A stretch of 63,960 bases of DNA, filler included, from Circinaria calcarea (lineage: Eukaryota): NCBI GenBank assembly GCA_051942165.1. It is 3 parts of 3 records of this genome, joined end to end, with 100 filler letters (N's around TTAATTAATTAA, not from the genome) between each part and the next. Parts side by side here need not be neighbours in the genome. Positions count along the whole stretch, not along the records: positions 21,790 to 43,337 come from JAVECS010000139.1; 2 more parts are not named here. One strand, written 5' to 3'. This document shows positions 23,130 through 37,119 of this stretch, one piece after another (within the stretch, counting starts at the first letter, position 1; each line of letters begins with the position of its first letter). The translations under genes and the position numbers were made by a program. The notes under the pieces are model-generated. The model did not search any database. It had not been told where the DNA came from and saw nothing but the letters and a program-made list of their open reading frames with translations.

Positions 23130-25276
23130 ATGGCTGGAGCTCTTGTGGACTCATCGACCTCCGATAATGATTCTTGTCGCATGATGGATGGGTCGGATAC
23201 CTCGTCTGATAGCAGTGACGACGGTGGTCCACACTCATGTTGGCTAGATACGAAAGCGCTGAAACCATTTCCAAAGGATAAAGATGCGAAAGGTAGCTTC
23301 TCAGCATTATGTGGCGCTTGCCATTCCTTCTTTAGAGGGAAGAGAGAAGAAGATACAAAGTACAAGCACATTCAATTCCTTGCCACGTTGCGAACCACGG
23401 CAGGTCGGGGGTGCCGCTTATGTGCCCTTATTCGCAACACAATAGACCGAGAGACTGCCAATCATTACCCGGCCAATATACTGAGCATATTTCTCGAGAT
23501 TGCTACAGCTGATTCCCAGATCTGGTATTACTATAGAAAGGGTTCCAAACGGCCCAAATATGGAAGTTTTGTTCAAGGTATAAAGATAATCAAGCTGGTA
23601 TCCCGTGAAGGTAAGCGGTAGATGTCACAATGAGTCCACTGGCATCTACTTCCGCCTTTCGCACAACAGATTTTAACGGTGAGAAAGTTATGGATGTACC
23701 TATCAAGTATTGGCACACCGCGGACTCTAACACTTGGTCTTCTGGGAATCGCCAACTCGCTGATCAATGGCTATCCCGATGCCTCGTAGGACATCGGCGA
23801 TGCAATAGAGAAGCCGCGAAGTCAAGCTGGCTACCAACAAGACTACTCGACATTGAATCCCACATTGGATCCGAGGCGAAAGTGTGTTTGGTTGAAACTA
23901 AGGACATGATATCGAAAGCTCAGTATATCAGTTTGAGTCATTGCTGGGGCCGGAACCCTGTTCTATCCCTTCGCCTGAGTAATATAGCGCATTTTAAAAG
24001 AGGGATCCCGCTTGAAAGCCTGCCCAAAACCTTCCGCCACGCAATCGAGGTTACGAGGCATTTCAAGATTAGGTATATATGGATTGACTCTCTTTGTATC
24101 ATCCAAGGCTCAGTGGATGATTGGCAATCAGAGGCTTCTAGCATGAGACATGTCTACCAAAATGCATTCTGTAACATCGCCGCCACTGGATCTCCTAATT
24201 CTCATACCGGGCTATTCTTCGAACGAGATCCATCCCTTATTCGCGTGGGCAGAATCGAGGCAGAGTGGGATGGGCCATTTCCACAAGGGGAATACTGCTT
24301 CTTTCCTCAGAAATTCTGGTTTAACGGTGTTTCTACTGCTCCATTAAATAGGCGAGCTTGGGTGGTGCAAGAACGACTTCTCGCGAGGCGCGTTCTCCAT
24401 TTTGGCTCTCAAGGTTTGTTCTTCGAATGTTGCGAGCAAGAGGCCTGTGAAACATTCCCGAACGGACTACCATCGCTTTACAACGGTAGTATTATAAACA
24501 TGTTCAAGAACATATATGCCAACCGTGGAGAGGCATTAGATAATAGCCGGCAGAATCACGAAAGATGGGAGAGAGTCGTGCAAGCCTTTATGCGAAGTGA
24601 CTTGACACAGGCAAGCGATAAGGCCATCTCACTCTCAGGAATCGCCGAAGAATTCCAGGAACATGTCTTCCAAGAGCCATATATCGCAGGACTATGGAAA
24701 AGCACCCTTGCCCAGGAATTACTTTGGATGATTTTAAGAGAACGCCAAGCAAACGGTTCTCCATCTGCAAGACCCCCTGATTACCGTGCGCCTTCTTGGT
24801 CATGGCTATCCATTGACGGAAACATTAAGCAATACGCACCTGACTTCGAGCCCACCCTCATCGAGGTTAAAACTATCCACATTGAACTCCTCGACAAGAA
24901 CCATCCGACAGGCCAAATCAAAGGCGGATATATCGTCGTTCAATGTCATTTAGTCCTAGCCAATTACGGAACCAACGCCTCTTTTGATCCTAACATAGCA
25001 CAAAACTACCTACTTTTCGATGGAAAAGAGATTGGGACCACGATAGTATTCTTCGATGAGGCGGAAAGAAAGCCGTCAGAAGACGAAACCATTTTCTGTC
25101 TTCCCATCGTTACGTATCGATCTTATACCGGAGTTGAGGGGCTGATTCTACTGCCTACAAGGAAGAAGGCGGCCGAATATCAACGAATCGGGCTTTTTAA
25201 AGCGAGAGACAAGGCCGTGGTAGATAGATTTCATCTCGATAATACTAATTCAAAAACAACGATTGTTATTATCTAG
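23130..25276 (+). CDS. HET-domain (PF06985-type) protein, intron 23611-23669
   Basis: N-terminal CGAC...GCRLC, then WLSRC...H..C, LPTRLLDI, YISLSHCWG, LPKTFRHAI, YIWIDSLCIIQ, MRHVYQNA, LNRRAWVVQER, YIAGLW and RAPSWSW. GTAAGC...CAG intron restores the frame. Confidence 0.92.
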
Positions 25277-25747
25277 CTAGTCTCAGCGCGGCTGGTAATT
25301 TCTGCGTGGCGCTGAGGATCTAACTAACTTAGTAGGCCCGTTTGGTAAAGAAGGTAAGCAAATCGCCATATTAATCATCAAATCGTTTGCGAGTTACGAG
25401 TAACAGTGAGGCTATTCGAAACTCTCCCCCCTGAATCGATAAGTCAATACTCACCGATTCACACTCGGCACTTTCGGCACCGTGATAGAGAACTCGAAAA
25501 CTCATATATAAAGCCACTGGAAAAATATACAACGACGCTGAAACAACAGTCCAATAGCTTTTAGGTTACCCACAACGATACATACCACACCTGGCTATTA
25601 AAGTCCACGAAGCTCAGACACGTCGTGACCAGCCCTATAAGAAGATAATAGTTGGAAGAATCTTAGGAGGGGAAATTTAAAGAGAAAGAGGGGGGTCCGA
25701 GACGGAGGCTGGGAAAAGGCGGATGATTAAAGCGGTGGGTTAAAATC

Positions 25748-27900
25748 TTATATAAATTTCTTATACGTATTACACAACCCCCTCCGCTTTTCAACCGTCC
25801 CATTAATAATCACGACTTCCTCCTCCTCATAACCCTTGTACCAAGCCAACTGGAAGAGAGAAAGCAGTCCCACACGCCGATACTCGTTATTTCTCCCCGC
25901 CCTCACCAACAAACTCCGTACCGTTCCACCCGCGGGAGCATGCCCAGACAAAGAATCACCATCAACTTGCCGGTCGGAGCCTCCGACGGCACGTCGTATT
26001 TGATCATGCCCACCTCGCGCGTCTTGCCCTCGTGCATATCATATACGCATTCGCGGTCCTGCCGCGCGAACGCTTCTCCCCCCGTGAAAGCCGGTTTCAT
26101 TTCTCCCACGAGCCGGATCCAACCCCCCTGGAGGTTCCCAAACTCATCGAGTCCCCTCGGAGCTGTCGTCGCTTCCAGGATCCGCGGCACGAACCTCGCG
26201 GCCCGGGGGGTTGGCTCCGGGTCCAGGGCGTGGAAGATCCACCACTCGTAGCGCACCTGGCCGGTTATGCACGCTCAGGACCAGGACGGCGCCAGGTGTT
26301 CGAACTGCCGGGCCTGGATGATTGGTTCCGGCAGCTCGGGGTGGACGATGGGGTTCTTACTGGCGGGATGCCAGCCACCATTCCAGCAGAGGCAGTGGAT
26401 GAGGTTTGAGTGCCACAGGCCGACGAGGTATAGATCTTTGGTGCGGGATTGTACTGCACGCGCAATACCGGAAAAGGCGTGAAGCGCATCGGTTTATTTT
26501 GTAAGTGCGCGGCTGGTGTATTTTCCAACGGCTTCGAACCAGGCTGCTTGGACTTTTTGCTTTCTGCTGCTCATTGAGCTGCTCATAGGGTGTTCGAGGC
26601 TCGATTTGCCCGACGTCAAAGGTCCGCAGGTTGCCGTTGAACGCGTTGGTGTCTTGTCAGGGGAACTGCAGGCTCGCCCTCAGGGTCTGACATTCCTAGC
26701 GGATGGAGTCTTTTCGAATGGTGCAGGATGCGGCGGGAGAGTTCGCGCTCTTGGAAAGTCCAGCCGCGGCTGCTGGCGGGATTCTGTTGCAGGATGCTTA
26801 TGGTGGCTTTTCCGAGCAAGGAGAAGACGCGGACTTCATGGACAGTAGGGTTTCCGTTCTCGTTTGTTTCGTTGAAAGAAAGAATCACAGGTCCGTATGG
26901 CTCAGAGTCTGGATCTACGTGACAGCCCCCGTTGCCGTTGGCCAATAATGAGGCCGCGATGGTGCAGTAGGCGCTGGAGTAAACGGAGGCCATCTGGGCC
27001 GCTTCTTTCTCCCAGTCTTCTTTCGAGTCCTGAATACTGCATAGAGAGTCTATCCACACATATCGAACATGCATTCTCCGGGCAACGCCGATAAAATCAG
27101 CAAAGGTCCTAGATAGACCTGCCACTGGGATTCCTTGTAGGCGTTCATCTATTGTGGTTAATGTAGTGGTGACCGTTGGGGACATGGTTAGACCCCAACA
27201 ATGGCCTATTGCCAGATATGAATAAGCTGTAGTTCCTAACTGGCGGTCTGTGAAGTTAAGATTTGCTGTCAGAACAAGACGAGGCTCCTAATTTTCGGCG
27301 TTGCTAACGTTAATAGCCCTTATGGGCATGAAACCCGGTTCACCGCTAACACAATCGGGATGATTCTCCTAGCAGTCATCTTACCAGTACTTGATAACTG
27401 CTATCTCCTTATCCCAATTCCACCCTGCGTCGGAGGAGTTTGGGTTCACCTTTACGGATCAGCCACAACCCGTTATCTTACTCGGAAATTTCCACACAAG
27501 GAGTCCTCCACTATTCCAGCGGGCACCAGTTTCCCTCTTGAACCTGCCCCGTCTATCTATAGCCCAATCTGGACATTGCTGCTCATTGAACTCGGTACTG
27601 CTGACAGTCAGCGAACCCGTTCCCTGTCTTCGGTCTGTTTTTTCCGGATCGTATGTAAGGAAGGAGTAGCTCGCGGAACAGCTCACAGCACGCCTGGGCC
27701 CCTGAGTCTTGCAAGGCTGAGAATGAGGGATGAATGATCTATTGTGTATTGCTTGTCCCGATTTGTGGAAAAAGAGCTTCAGCGGTATAGTAGGCACAGA
27801 ATGTGCATAGGCCCAATCACGGTGAGGCCATGATAGGGGGAGATTATCTTTGTGGTTGGCAGGTCGGGGATGTCCGCTGCCAAGGTCTTTGTCGTCCATG
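25748..27900 (-). pseudogene. HET-domain pseudogene with multiple premature stops and frameshift(s)
   Basis: HET motifs are recognisable (YLAIGHCWG, YVWIDSLCSIQDS..DW..EAAQMASVYS, RGWTFQERELS). In-frame stops occur at 27459-61 (TGA), 27381-83 (TAA), 27369-71 (TAG) and 27288-90 (TAG). A +1 frameshift near 26712 is followed by TAG and TGA at expected Trp codons. Confidence 0.88.
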
Positions 27901-28091
27901 CTAGATTTTGCCAGCGACACGAGAGAAATACTCAACCAAAACCAGTAGTTAGAACTATATTATGTGTGGGCGGAGGCGAAGGATTAGGATCGAGGGGACA
28001 GTTTGTTAAGCGCCATGCTTGCAGAACTAGAACCAGGATTATAATTATATATTTGGGACAATAATCATGTGAGATTTAGGCCGATTCTACT

Positions 28092-29519
28092 TCACACTTC
28101 TGATTGCTCGATTTCGACCATCTTCATAATCCCTCCTGATGGTACAGCGTCATCCCTTGCAGGTTTCAGTTGGTCGCCTGTGGAAGCATCTTCTTCACCT
28201 CCCTTAATCTCATTGACCAAGGCATTCGGAGGTATCCTGACACCGGTTTCAACAGACTGACGACTGCTTCTCAGCTCCAAATAATCTCTTTCAGCGATTG
28301 CTCTGTCTTTGGCTGTACCCATGAAGCCAAAGGGAGAATGTGGATTGTTGCCGCGATACTTGGCGTTGCTGATGACAGTGTTCGAGGGCGGCTTTCTGAG
28401 ACGAGGCTTCAAAATAGCCGGTAAGGTAGGGAGGCAGATGATCATGACGCCTGTAGCAAGCTCGGCGGTACTATCAACTTTAGTTCAGTAAAAATTTTAA
28501 TTGGGGAGAAGGGGGAACAAACGCCCATAGCGATAATACTATTTGGTTATATGATTGATCAGGATCCGAAGTCAGCTGATAGCGCTTGACGAACCCAATG
28601 ATACTGAAAATAGGTGCACTATATTTGAAAATATAGTTAGATAATATGTGAACTGCAATTGAATAATAGCACTTACATAAGTCCTACGGTGAAAACACTA
28701 TAGATTGCTATTTTCCGCTTTCGGTGCATTTGCAAGTTCCAAACACCCTTCAATGGCACTAATAAAATACAAACATCCGATATGAAATTGAAAAGACCAC
28801 TAGTGCCAATTAAAATAGAGATGTCGACGCAGTGTCCCGGGATAGCTCTATCCCATATTCGCGCCCTTGGAAGGCATTGGCAGATTTTGGCAATAGTAAT
28901 AGCGAAGTAGAACGCGCAAATGATATATAGGAATGCTTTCACAGCGACATCGAACTTATTCCAGCGATGCGGTGAGAAAACGCGGAGATAAAGGAGCAAA
29001 ATCGCTGACTTTGTGCATGCGGCTGCTGGACCGTAGCAGATTTGGATGATGTTCACGAACTGTTGAAAGCCAATTAGCAGGCGAAGGAAATCCAGTCGAA
29101 GGTCTTTACTATACGTAAAGGATAGAGACAACTTCCGGCTTTGTCAAGTTCCACTCGTGAACACCCCCTTGTTTAGACACAATGGTACTGAGGAGGCCAG
29201 AGTATATTGCTAGTCCGATCTGTAACGAAATCAGCGCTCAGTGTTGTAATGAATTACTCCGTGCTCACGAAAGCAAAACAGCACAAATCTGTAGATGGTT
29301 AATGTCTATACTTTAGCGCCTAAGACATCGAGGCATACAATCTTCTAGGATCCAAACCCGTTTAATCCGTATCCTTATATACACTCTAAGAATGACCATG
29401 ATGCCGGGAATCGAGAGACATGCTGTTTGGCAGAGGACATTCCACTTCCACAAGGTATTAGAATACGGGAAGTTTGTCGTCTGGCCTGGGGGCGCTGGAA
29501 TAGATGAAGAAGAAGCCAT
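28092..29519 (-). CDS. PTH11-like / fungal rhodopsin-domain integral membrane protein, multi-exon
   Basis: PAPPGQTTNF, LRVYIR, GGVHEWNL, K.AILLLYLRVF, QCLPRARIWD..IPGHC, NFISDVCILLVPL..VWNLQM..KRKI, AELATGVMIICLPTLP. Confidence 0.85.
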
Positions 29520-30263
29520 GGGAATTGTAATACGCTCAGTGCCGTGATACTGCCCGTAGGTATCCGGAGCTCCAAAATCAGGGCATCCCGATGACTTTAG
29601 GAATGTTAGAGGGCATGCCCCGTAACCTGTGCCTCATCAGTCTCAAGACTAGGTAAATGCTGATTCCCGAAGAGATGGAACGTGCGGTAGACAAAGTAGC
29701 ATCCTCGGAGAATTAAGGTGCACACACCAAGAAGACCTCTGCGGTTGCCTCGAACACTGTGCCACCACAATCGAGGAGCTTAATGCCTCTTGTCCTCTTA
29801 GGCGGCCACAGCCAAGATGAGGGCGTAGGTCTAGGCCAATGATTGAATGATAAGTGGGAGGGGAAGATCAATCTGGGTATTAGATGACGATGGTGCATGA
29901 GCTGCCCAGCTGATGATTCGACCAAAGCTGTGGTGATACTGCAGGGACCCGCTATCCCTCAAGATAAGGTATCTGTTGGCCCGCAACAAAGGAATGCCTG
30001 GTGCTCTTAAGCTAGCCCCGAATGGGACTCCGTATCACCTCATGGCGTTGGAGGGTGACATTCTTCTGGAGGTACGCATGTGGCTTCAATGTTACCTACA
30101 TGTCGAGCCGTGCCTTTCCTGCCGCGCAGAAAGTGCTGTCGTTATCCCGTCTTTCGTCTCTCCGCGGCACTCAACATTTGGTGTTACGCCTTCCCGTCAA
30201 GATTTTGTCCAACTCATCAACGTCTATCCATCAGGGTAGCACTTGGTTTCAACACCCCCAATC

Positions 30264-30863
30264 ATGTCGGGGTCCATCACCCCTGACAAGCTCGTGCCTA
30301 ATGGTGTTGGGGAAACGGTCTCTCGTGCGAAATACCCTCCTTTGGTCAATGAGAAGGCGACCTCTTCTACGCAATGTCCTCCCTCAATAGGCGAGAAGGC
30401 ATTGATCGGAAAGCTAGATCTTAGGATAATACCTATACTGTTTATCGCCTACGAGGCAGCTTTCTTGGATCGGTGAGCTTACAGAACCATCGGCTTGGCG
30501 ATTTTAATTTCTGTTTACGATTGCTTTGCCACCCAATATGCAGGAATCCATCTAATCGCCATAAGCGCTTTCGCCGGTGGCCCAATTGTGATCTGCTGGT
30601 TTGTAATGAATCTTCACGGTCATGCTGAGCGCAGTATTGGTACAGCGTGGACGATAAGTTTCGGTAACACGGGTGGTATTGTCGCTACCTTTGCGTTTTT
30701 GAAAGCCGATGCGCCACGGTATACCAGAGGATATACTATCTGCCTGTCTGTGTCTGCCGTTGGATTTTTGGCTGTCATTCTCTACGGCCTTTTGATTTGG
30801 AGAGAGAATAGGAAACTAAAGCTTGCTGGGGAGCGGAGCAAGGTTGTATACTACTCGTATTGA
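30264..30863 (+). pseudogene. Internally deleted MFS transporter (allantoate permease/ACS-like) remnant
   Basis: The N-terminal motif KLDLRIIPILF..Y..AFLDR and its GTGAGC donor are joined within about 20 bp to last-TM motifs (W...NLHGHAERSIG, SFGNTGGIVA, DAPRY..G). The central transmembrane region is absent. Confidence 0.8.
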
Positions 30864-31578
30864 GGTCGTTGGAGATGGCCTTGGGACCTGTCAACTAGGG
30901 TATAGGGGAGGAATTCGAAGTGGGTATTTGCATTTTGCTTTTCAGGTTTGCATATGACTTTGGACTGGAAAGCTTAGCTATTGAAAGATAATTTAGATAA
31001 CCGTTTCCTTTAAATAACAATCAGACAAACTGGTCCTGGATACGATTGCAGCACCGCTGATGATTACCCAATTTGGCATCTGATTACTGGGAATGATTGA
31101 ATACGGCGCAACCGTTGACAGCCGCACCCCAGTATTAAGGCAAAGGCAGGATCATAACTAGAAAGAGCGACATAGCTTCAGCACAACATTAACTCACTAT
31201 CCTGGGCTTGAACATGATTATCGAACCTTTCGCCCTCTTCCGATTCTGATGCTTCCATCAGCCATTGCCAAAAAGGCAGAGAGGAGGGTGAGAGAGAGAG
31301 AGAGAGCTGGGCATACTTGTCCTGCTGTTCACGCTGCCGACGTTTTTGGCTTCGAAGGCACTCCACCTAACCTGTTCTGAAGCTTGGCCTGAACCGGTGG
31401 CATCGGGCATCTTTGGACTCTCCCCAAGGGAGACAGCGTGTATGACATATCCACAATACCCCAAGCATCAAGACTCGTTTGTCAGAGGTCTGCTTGGAAA
31501 ATCGCACTTGTGCTTCCTTCCACTTTTGGCAAATAGGATGTCGACCGTGATGTACATTTCCTGTTCCTGGACGTGCGC

Positions 31579-34500
31579 TCACCCCACAATCCTCTTCCCT
31601 CCCTCACCGCCTCCTCTCTTCGGACGACACCTGGCCACCCAATACAGCCCCAAAGCCCCCAGCACGTTTGCCCCTACATACACCCACCCGACGCCAAACA
31701 TCCACCAGCGATCCTCATACCTGATCCCCAGCCCCAGCAGCACCTCATCCGTACTGCCTACCGGACACAGACTGCACCCTGCCGTTGCGTCCGGGTTTAG
31801 AAGATTGCCGCCTGCCGAGGCGAGGTAGGAGGCTAGGTACTGGGCGCAGGAAAGCGGGGCTGGGGGGTCAAAGACTAGCAGTTCGGAAGGGGCGCAGGTG
31901 ATGGGGATGGCGGAGATGCCGGTGGCGAGGATTCCCGAGACGGAGTAAGTAACGGGGGAGACGTGGTACATGAAGCGCCAAAAGGTCGGGATGGAAGCGT
32001 AGGGGACAAGGATGCTGGTTGAAGCCGAGGGAGTTAGCTTTTGCTAAGAAAGAAAATTAAGGGGGAAGGCTCAGGAGGAGGACTTACCCGCAGAATATGA
32101 GTGCGAGTGAATAGAATAGCGACGCGATGTTTACTCCTGTGGCCGCGTCCGGCATTATAGTAGCAAGCATCTGGCTGAACGTGGAACAGAAAAGTGTATA
32201 GCACCACAAAAAGCCCAACAATAACGCACCTCTTCCCACGGTGTCTCCTGTTGAGGCGACTGTATGCCGATACATGCCAACAGGAAAGTACCATGTAACA
32301 AATAGAAGGATAGCCATCACACTCTGTGCTGGGATCTCAGAGATTATGTTGGAGAGCACAAAGACCTTCCACGAATAAGTGCGGGAGGGCCGCTCGCGTA
32401 TCTCGTAAAGAGTGCGATTCTCGAGGAATCGGGGCATGATGAGTTGGACAACGTTGGAGAAGAGCATAGATAGCAGGTACACGGAGAAAAACTGGTTTTG
32501 GATTCCTTGAAGCGTTGGCGGAGAGTTGTAGAAGGAAAACCCATTGACTAGACCCTAAGCAAGATAGTAGTATTAGCTTGCAACTGCGACAATAAAGGAC
32601 GCGGATACGGCCATAACAAAACAGAGAGATTAGGGGCTTCGTACTATGCCGAGTGTGAGAAACATTTTGGAGTACAAATATGCAGGGGTACGCCAATCAT
32701 GTTCGAAGTTGCGTTTAGTAACTCTGTACAGTTGCTGAAGGAAAGGGATAGCGAAAGTATTGGAAGATTCCGTATTAACGATTCTCCCAGAATGAGAAAG
32801 CCTCTTCTTCATGGTCTCGAACTCTAATTTGATACTTTGTCGTTCGGATGAACATGCCCACTCTTCGGGCCAGTTGATGGTATTCTTAGAACCAGGAGAA
32901 CTTCCTGTGATATCGAGTAACCATTCCGCTGGGTTCTCCGTACTTTCACATGCCCTGGCTCCATGATTTTGAAAATAGCTCGTGAGAACTTTCGAATTCG
33001 CGCCAATGTCCCCAAAATATGCTGATCTCCCCTTAACCAGAAAGAGTAACCTATCAAACATTTGGAACAGGGTCCCAGATGGTTGGTGGATTGTGCACAA
33101 AATAGGCTGCCCATTATCTGCTAATCTTCGTAGTAAAGTACATATAGACCACGCAGTATTGCTGTCCAGTCCAGAGGTTGGCTCGTCTAAGAAAAGAAGT
33201 AATTCCGGTCTGGCTACCAGTTCGACGCCAATAGTTACACGTTTGCGTTGTTCTACATTCAAACCTGTGTTGGATAAGCAAATGAAGATGAAACACTATT
33301 CAGTAATAGAACGGACCTTGGCCTGGAACTCCGATAACGGCGTCGGCAAAGGCAGTCATGCCAAGTGTTTCAATTACTTCGTCAACGTACGCCTTTTTCT
33401 GACTCTGCGAGTAATGTGGCGGTTGGCGCAGTAACGCACTGAAAGTCAGGGCTTCCCTGACTGTCGAGGTCGAAAGATGTAGGTCTTGTTGCTGCGCGTA
33501 TCCTACCTTCCGTGCAAAGCCCTCGCCACGGGAGGAATTATCAATAAGCGTTTCCCCGTCAACGACCCCAATGGACACGCGATTAGCGAGAACATTAAGA
33601 AGTGTTGTTTTACCTGCTCCGGATGCTCCCTAAAGAGTTTGATAGTTAGTTACCATCTAAGCAACATGTTAACGGTCTCGGGAACAAACCATTAGTGCGG
33701 TTAAGCTACCAGGTTTGATCCAACCTTCTATGTTGTCTAGGATGTTCAACGGGCCATCTTTGGTCTTGATATTATAGCTGAGATTGTCCCATAGGAATGT
33801 CGCTGCATATGCTTCGACTGGCGCTGAGAGATCCTTTTCCGAAGCAACGTTGTAAGTTATACGAAGATCAGGAGGGTCGTTGGACTCCACATCATTGCTC
33901 GATTTAACTTTTGGTAAGTAACCTCGGCGAAAAAGAAGAACTTCTCCCTTCGATCGCTCGGCAATGACATACTCCGTCATGAGATAGTATAAGCCGCAGA
34001 AGAAAACCATGATAATGATTACCAGGCCCAAATTCCTTTCTTTATCAGCAGTTGAACCAGATAAAATCGGGTACTCACCTCCATAAATTGCTAGGGTAAT
34101 ATTCAAAGGCAATGGCGAGATACTTATCTCCGTCCACAGTTGACGCCCCAGCTTGAGCTCCAAGAACCGTACAAGCCTTTTCCCGAGATCGCACATTCCC
34201 GTACTCCGGGCCGTCGGGGACAAACTTGACGCATGGAAACTGGCGGTTGTGGAACTAAAGACGTTATTATTAGAATTAATTTATTATCAAATACACAAAT
34301 TCAACTTTTTTACCTCGTTGATCATTAAGCTCTCAAACGCATAGGCGACAGGATTTAGATAGCCAAACCATCTGAGCCAAGGGTGCATACTAGGTACTGG
34401 AATTACAAACCCAGTATATATTATTAAGAGATAAATGAATGTTGCACCAGGGGCGATAGATGCAGTAAGAGTACGAGACATCGTTCCAATAGTACGAAAA

Positions 34501-36399
34501 ATTACAGATCCCGTTAACAAGCTTGCAAAAGCGAATAGATAGAAAACAAAAAATGCTTCTGGCGTTCTGCGTAAATTTGCCAGAAAATATAGCGGAACGT
34601 TGAAACAGAATGTCAAAATCACTTTATTAGGCAACTCGCAAATCGTTGACGCAATTGCTTCTGCAGACGGGTGGTAAAAAGCATATTGAAAGTGCTTTTG
34701 AACAATAGGTCTTTGGTCCCATAATGCAACGCCCTTTATACTGATTTTAGCGGTGGACTGCTAATGGAGACGGGGAGTGAGCAAACCTCAAAAGCACCCA
34801 GGAATGTATTCGTTAGAATTGTGAAAAACAATAAGACTCCCCTACCGAAGAAGGAACTTGTATCGTTTGGTAGATTATAGAATAAGCTACCAATGATAAT
34901 TGCCATAACGGCGTTTCCTACTACAGAAGAGACTGAAGGGGCCAGATCATTAACAATCCTTTGGATTCCGCGGATTATGCATAGGGCGACCTGGTTCGGG
35001 AAACCAATGCTATAAGGGGATCCTCTTCTCAAAGTCAGCAATCAAGCGGACTTGAAAGTTCAAGAACTTACTGTCTACCAGACTTTAGAAAGTCTTTAGC
35101 CGAACGGCTCCCGGGAGGGAACTTCTTTTCATACTCCTCTAGCTCTTTAACGAGTTTCGATCGTTCTGGACTGTTTGTCCAATGATCTAGAAACTCACAT
35201 GGAGTACGGGGGACCCGAGATTCATAGCCATGCTGTACAATGCGCTCTGCCGGGTTAGTCACCGATGTTAAAAAGTCTGCTGTTGTAGATCGGTCCGAGC
35301 AGATGAACCCCAGGTTGGTAAAGTAGGCCTTGGCTGTAGTGGCGTCACCGAAGAATATCTGTCGACCTTCATAAAGCAGTGACACCTTATCGAATATCTA
35401 TAGACTTGGTTAGATGACTTTTTGCATCTGAAAACTCAGATCATAATTCGTCTTACATTATATATAGCTTGCGAAGCTTGATATAACGTAACAATAACTA
35501 GTGAGTTGGTGGTATTTGTAGATAAACGCAATGTCCTGACGAAGTCCAATGCATTCGCGCTATCCAGACCTCTTGTACTATTATCCCAGCACGTCAAGGG
35601 AGCACGGCCTAGCAGAACCTCTATTCTCGGTCAGCAACTCCCGGCGAACAATTATCCAGAATAGTAATGTGGAATCCTTTCCCTCACCAGCCAAACTAGT
35701 TCTCTTCCGCTCCCCTCCACTCACACCAATTACGAAGTCGTTTCCAACCTTGGTATTCAGAGTGTGTGAGAGACCCAACACCCTGATAATCTCGTCTTGC
35801 GTACCTTCCGTTCCTTCACACCCGGCCATAGTAGCTGACGGTTGCGGGCGTGCTTTTGCCGCAAGCCCCAACGTCTGGCCTACAGTCAGGTGCGGAAAGT
35901 GAATGTCGGCTTCAGACTGGTAAACGAACTCTCCTCTGTAAGCGCTTCGTATTGCCTCTGTTCGCATTCCTGTCCAGGGTCTCGGTCAGCCGAACATGCT
36001 CAAAGCGTTATTGATACGGATAGATAGAGTGCCACCTTGATAATTGATTTTCGCTTCCTCGTCGATATGTAATCCATGCGTCTGGTCGGCCAAGGTTTTA
36101 AGCAAAGTCGAGCACCCGCTCCCAGGCCGCCCAAGGACAAGAAGCATTTCCCCACCCCGTACAAGCCCCTCAAATCTCCTTAAGATGTCAATCTGTGACT
36201 TTTGTGACCGCTGCACCCCGAGAAGCATACCGAGTGCATTGAGAAAGGTCAGCGGGTAATTTGCGAAGGTCTTTTGGTAGTCTGTCGCGCTTCCGAAACC
36301 GTATACGGTGAGATTGCGGTAGGAGACGCTGATCTGACCTTCAGTCGCTGCTTGGCTTTCTGGTGGTGTTGCACCGGAGTGGGCGAAGTTGGAGTCCAT
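31579..36399 (-). CDS. Full-size PDR-type (ABCG) ABC transporter, NBD-TMD-NBD-TMD, multi-exon
   Basis: NBD1 [35 protein letters not shown]1 [28 protein letters not shown]2 [55 protein letters not shown]2 [13 protein letters not shown]. Confidence 0.93.
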
Positions 36400-37119
36400 G
36401 TTGGTAGTTGAGCCTGTTAGCCGAAGCTGGCCTTCAGTTGTGGAGGCCACACTGCGGTGATGTCTTCTCAGGAGCACTGCAGCAATATCCCCCGAGGACC
36501 TCTGCCAGGCTCAGTTCAGACGACTTTCGCACATGCTAAGGTTAGCTTCTTTCCTTGCCCATTCGCCTCATGTGATATGTGGTGTGTTTCTGATCGTGCA
36601 TTCTCGTTTGCATAAGCCGACGGTATATCAAACATGGAGGGCAGTGCACTTTACCTTCGATCCCTGCATGCTGCTTTCCACTTGCATTTACCACCACAAC
36701 TGATGAGGGATACAATGCTGTGCCTGACACATGATTTAATGCACTACGAAGCCGGAAACAAGCCGGCTAGAATTTGAAGGGAACAATATTCGGTACATAT
36801 TCCTTAAGGCGGAAAGCAGTTGGGACGGGCAGGATTCTGTGCCACTAATCTCAGCACCGGAGGCTAAAGCTGCGGGGCTGACAGAGTAAGCGCGGCTGGA
36901 ATCCCTCGTGGCATGCCGCTTTTATTACTGACACGGATCGTACATAATAATAGAAATACAACTTCAATACAGTGCATAATTTCTTGCTTAGTAACGTATG
37001 GAGGAGAATACTCGGGGAATGGTTGAGATGTGGAGCGAAAGACGCGCCCACTAACGCTGCTTCCCCGTTATCTTCCCCATGCGCTCCAATTATAACATTC
37101 ACTTATGTCTAAGACAGTA

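Noticed and set aside
25283..25317. Small hairpin CTCAGCGC...GCGCTGAG sharing GCGTGGCGCT with the 37.1-kb foldback motif
   Set aside because: Only about 10 bp of identity, too short to claim a relationship.
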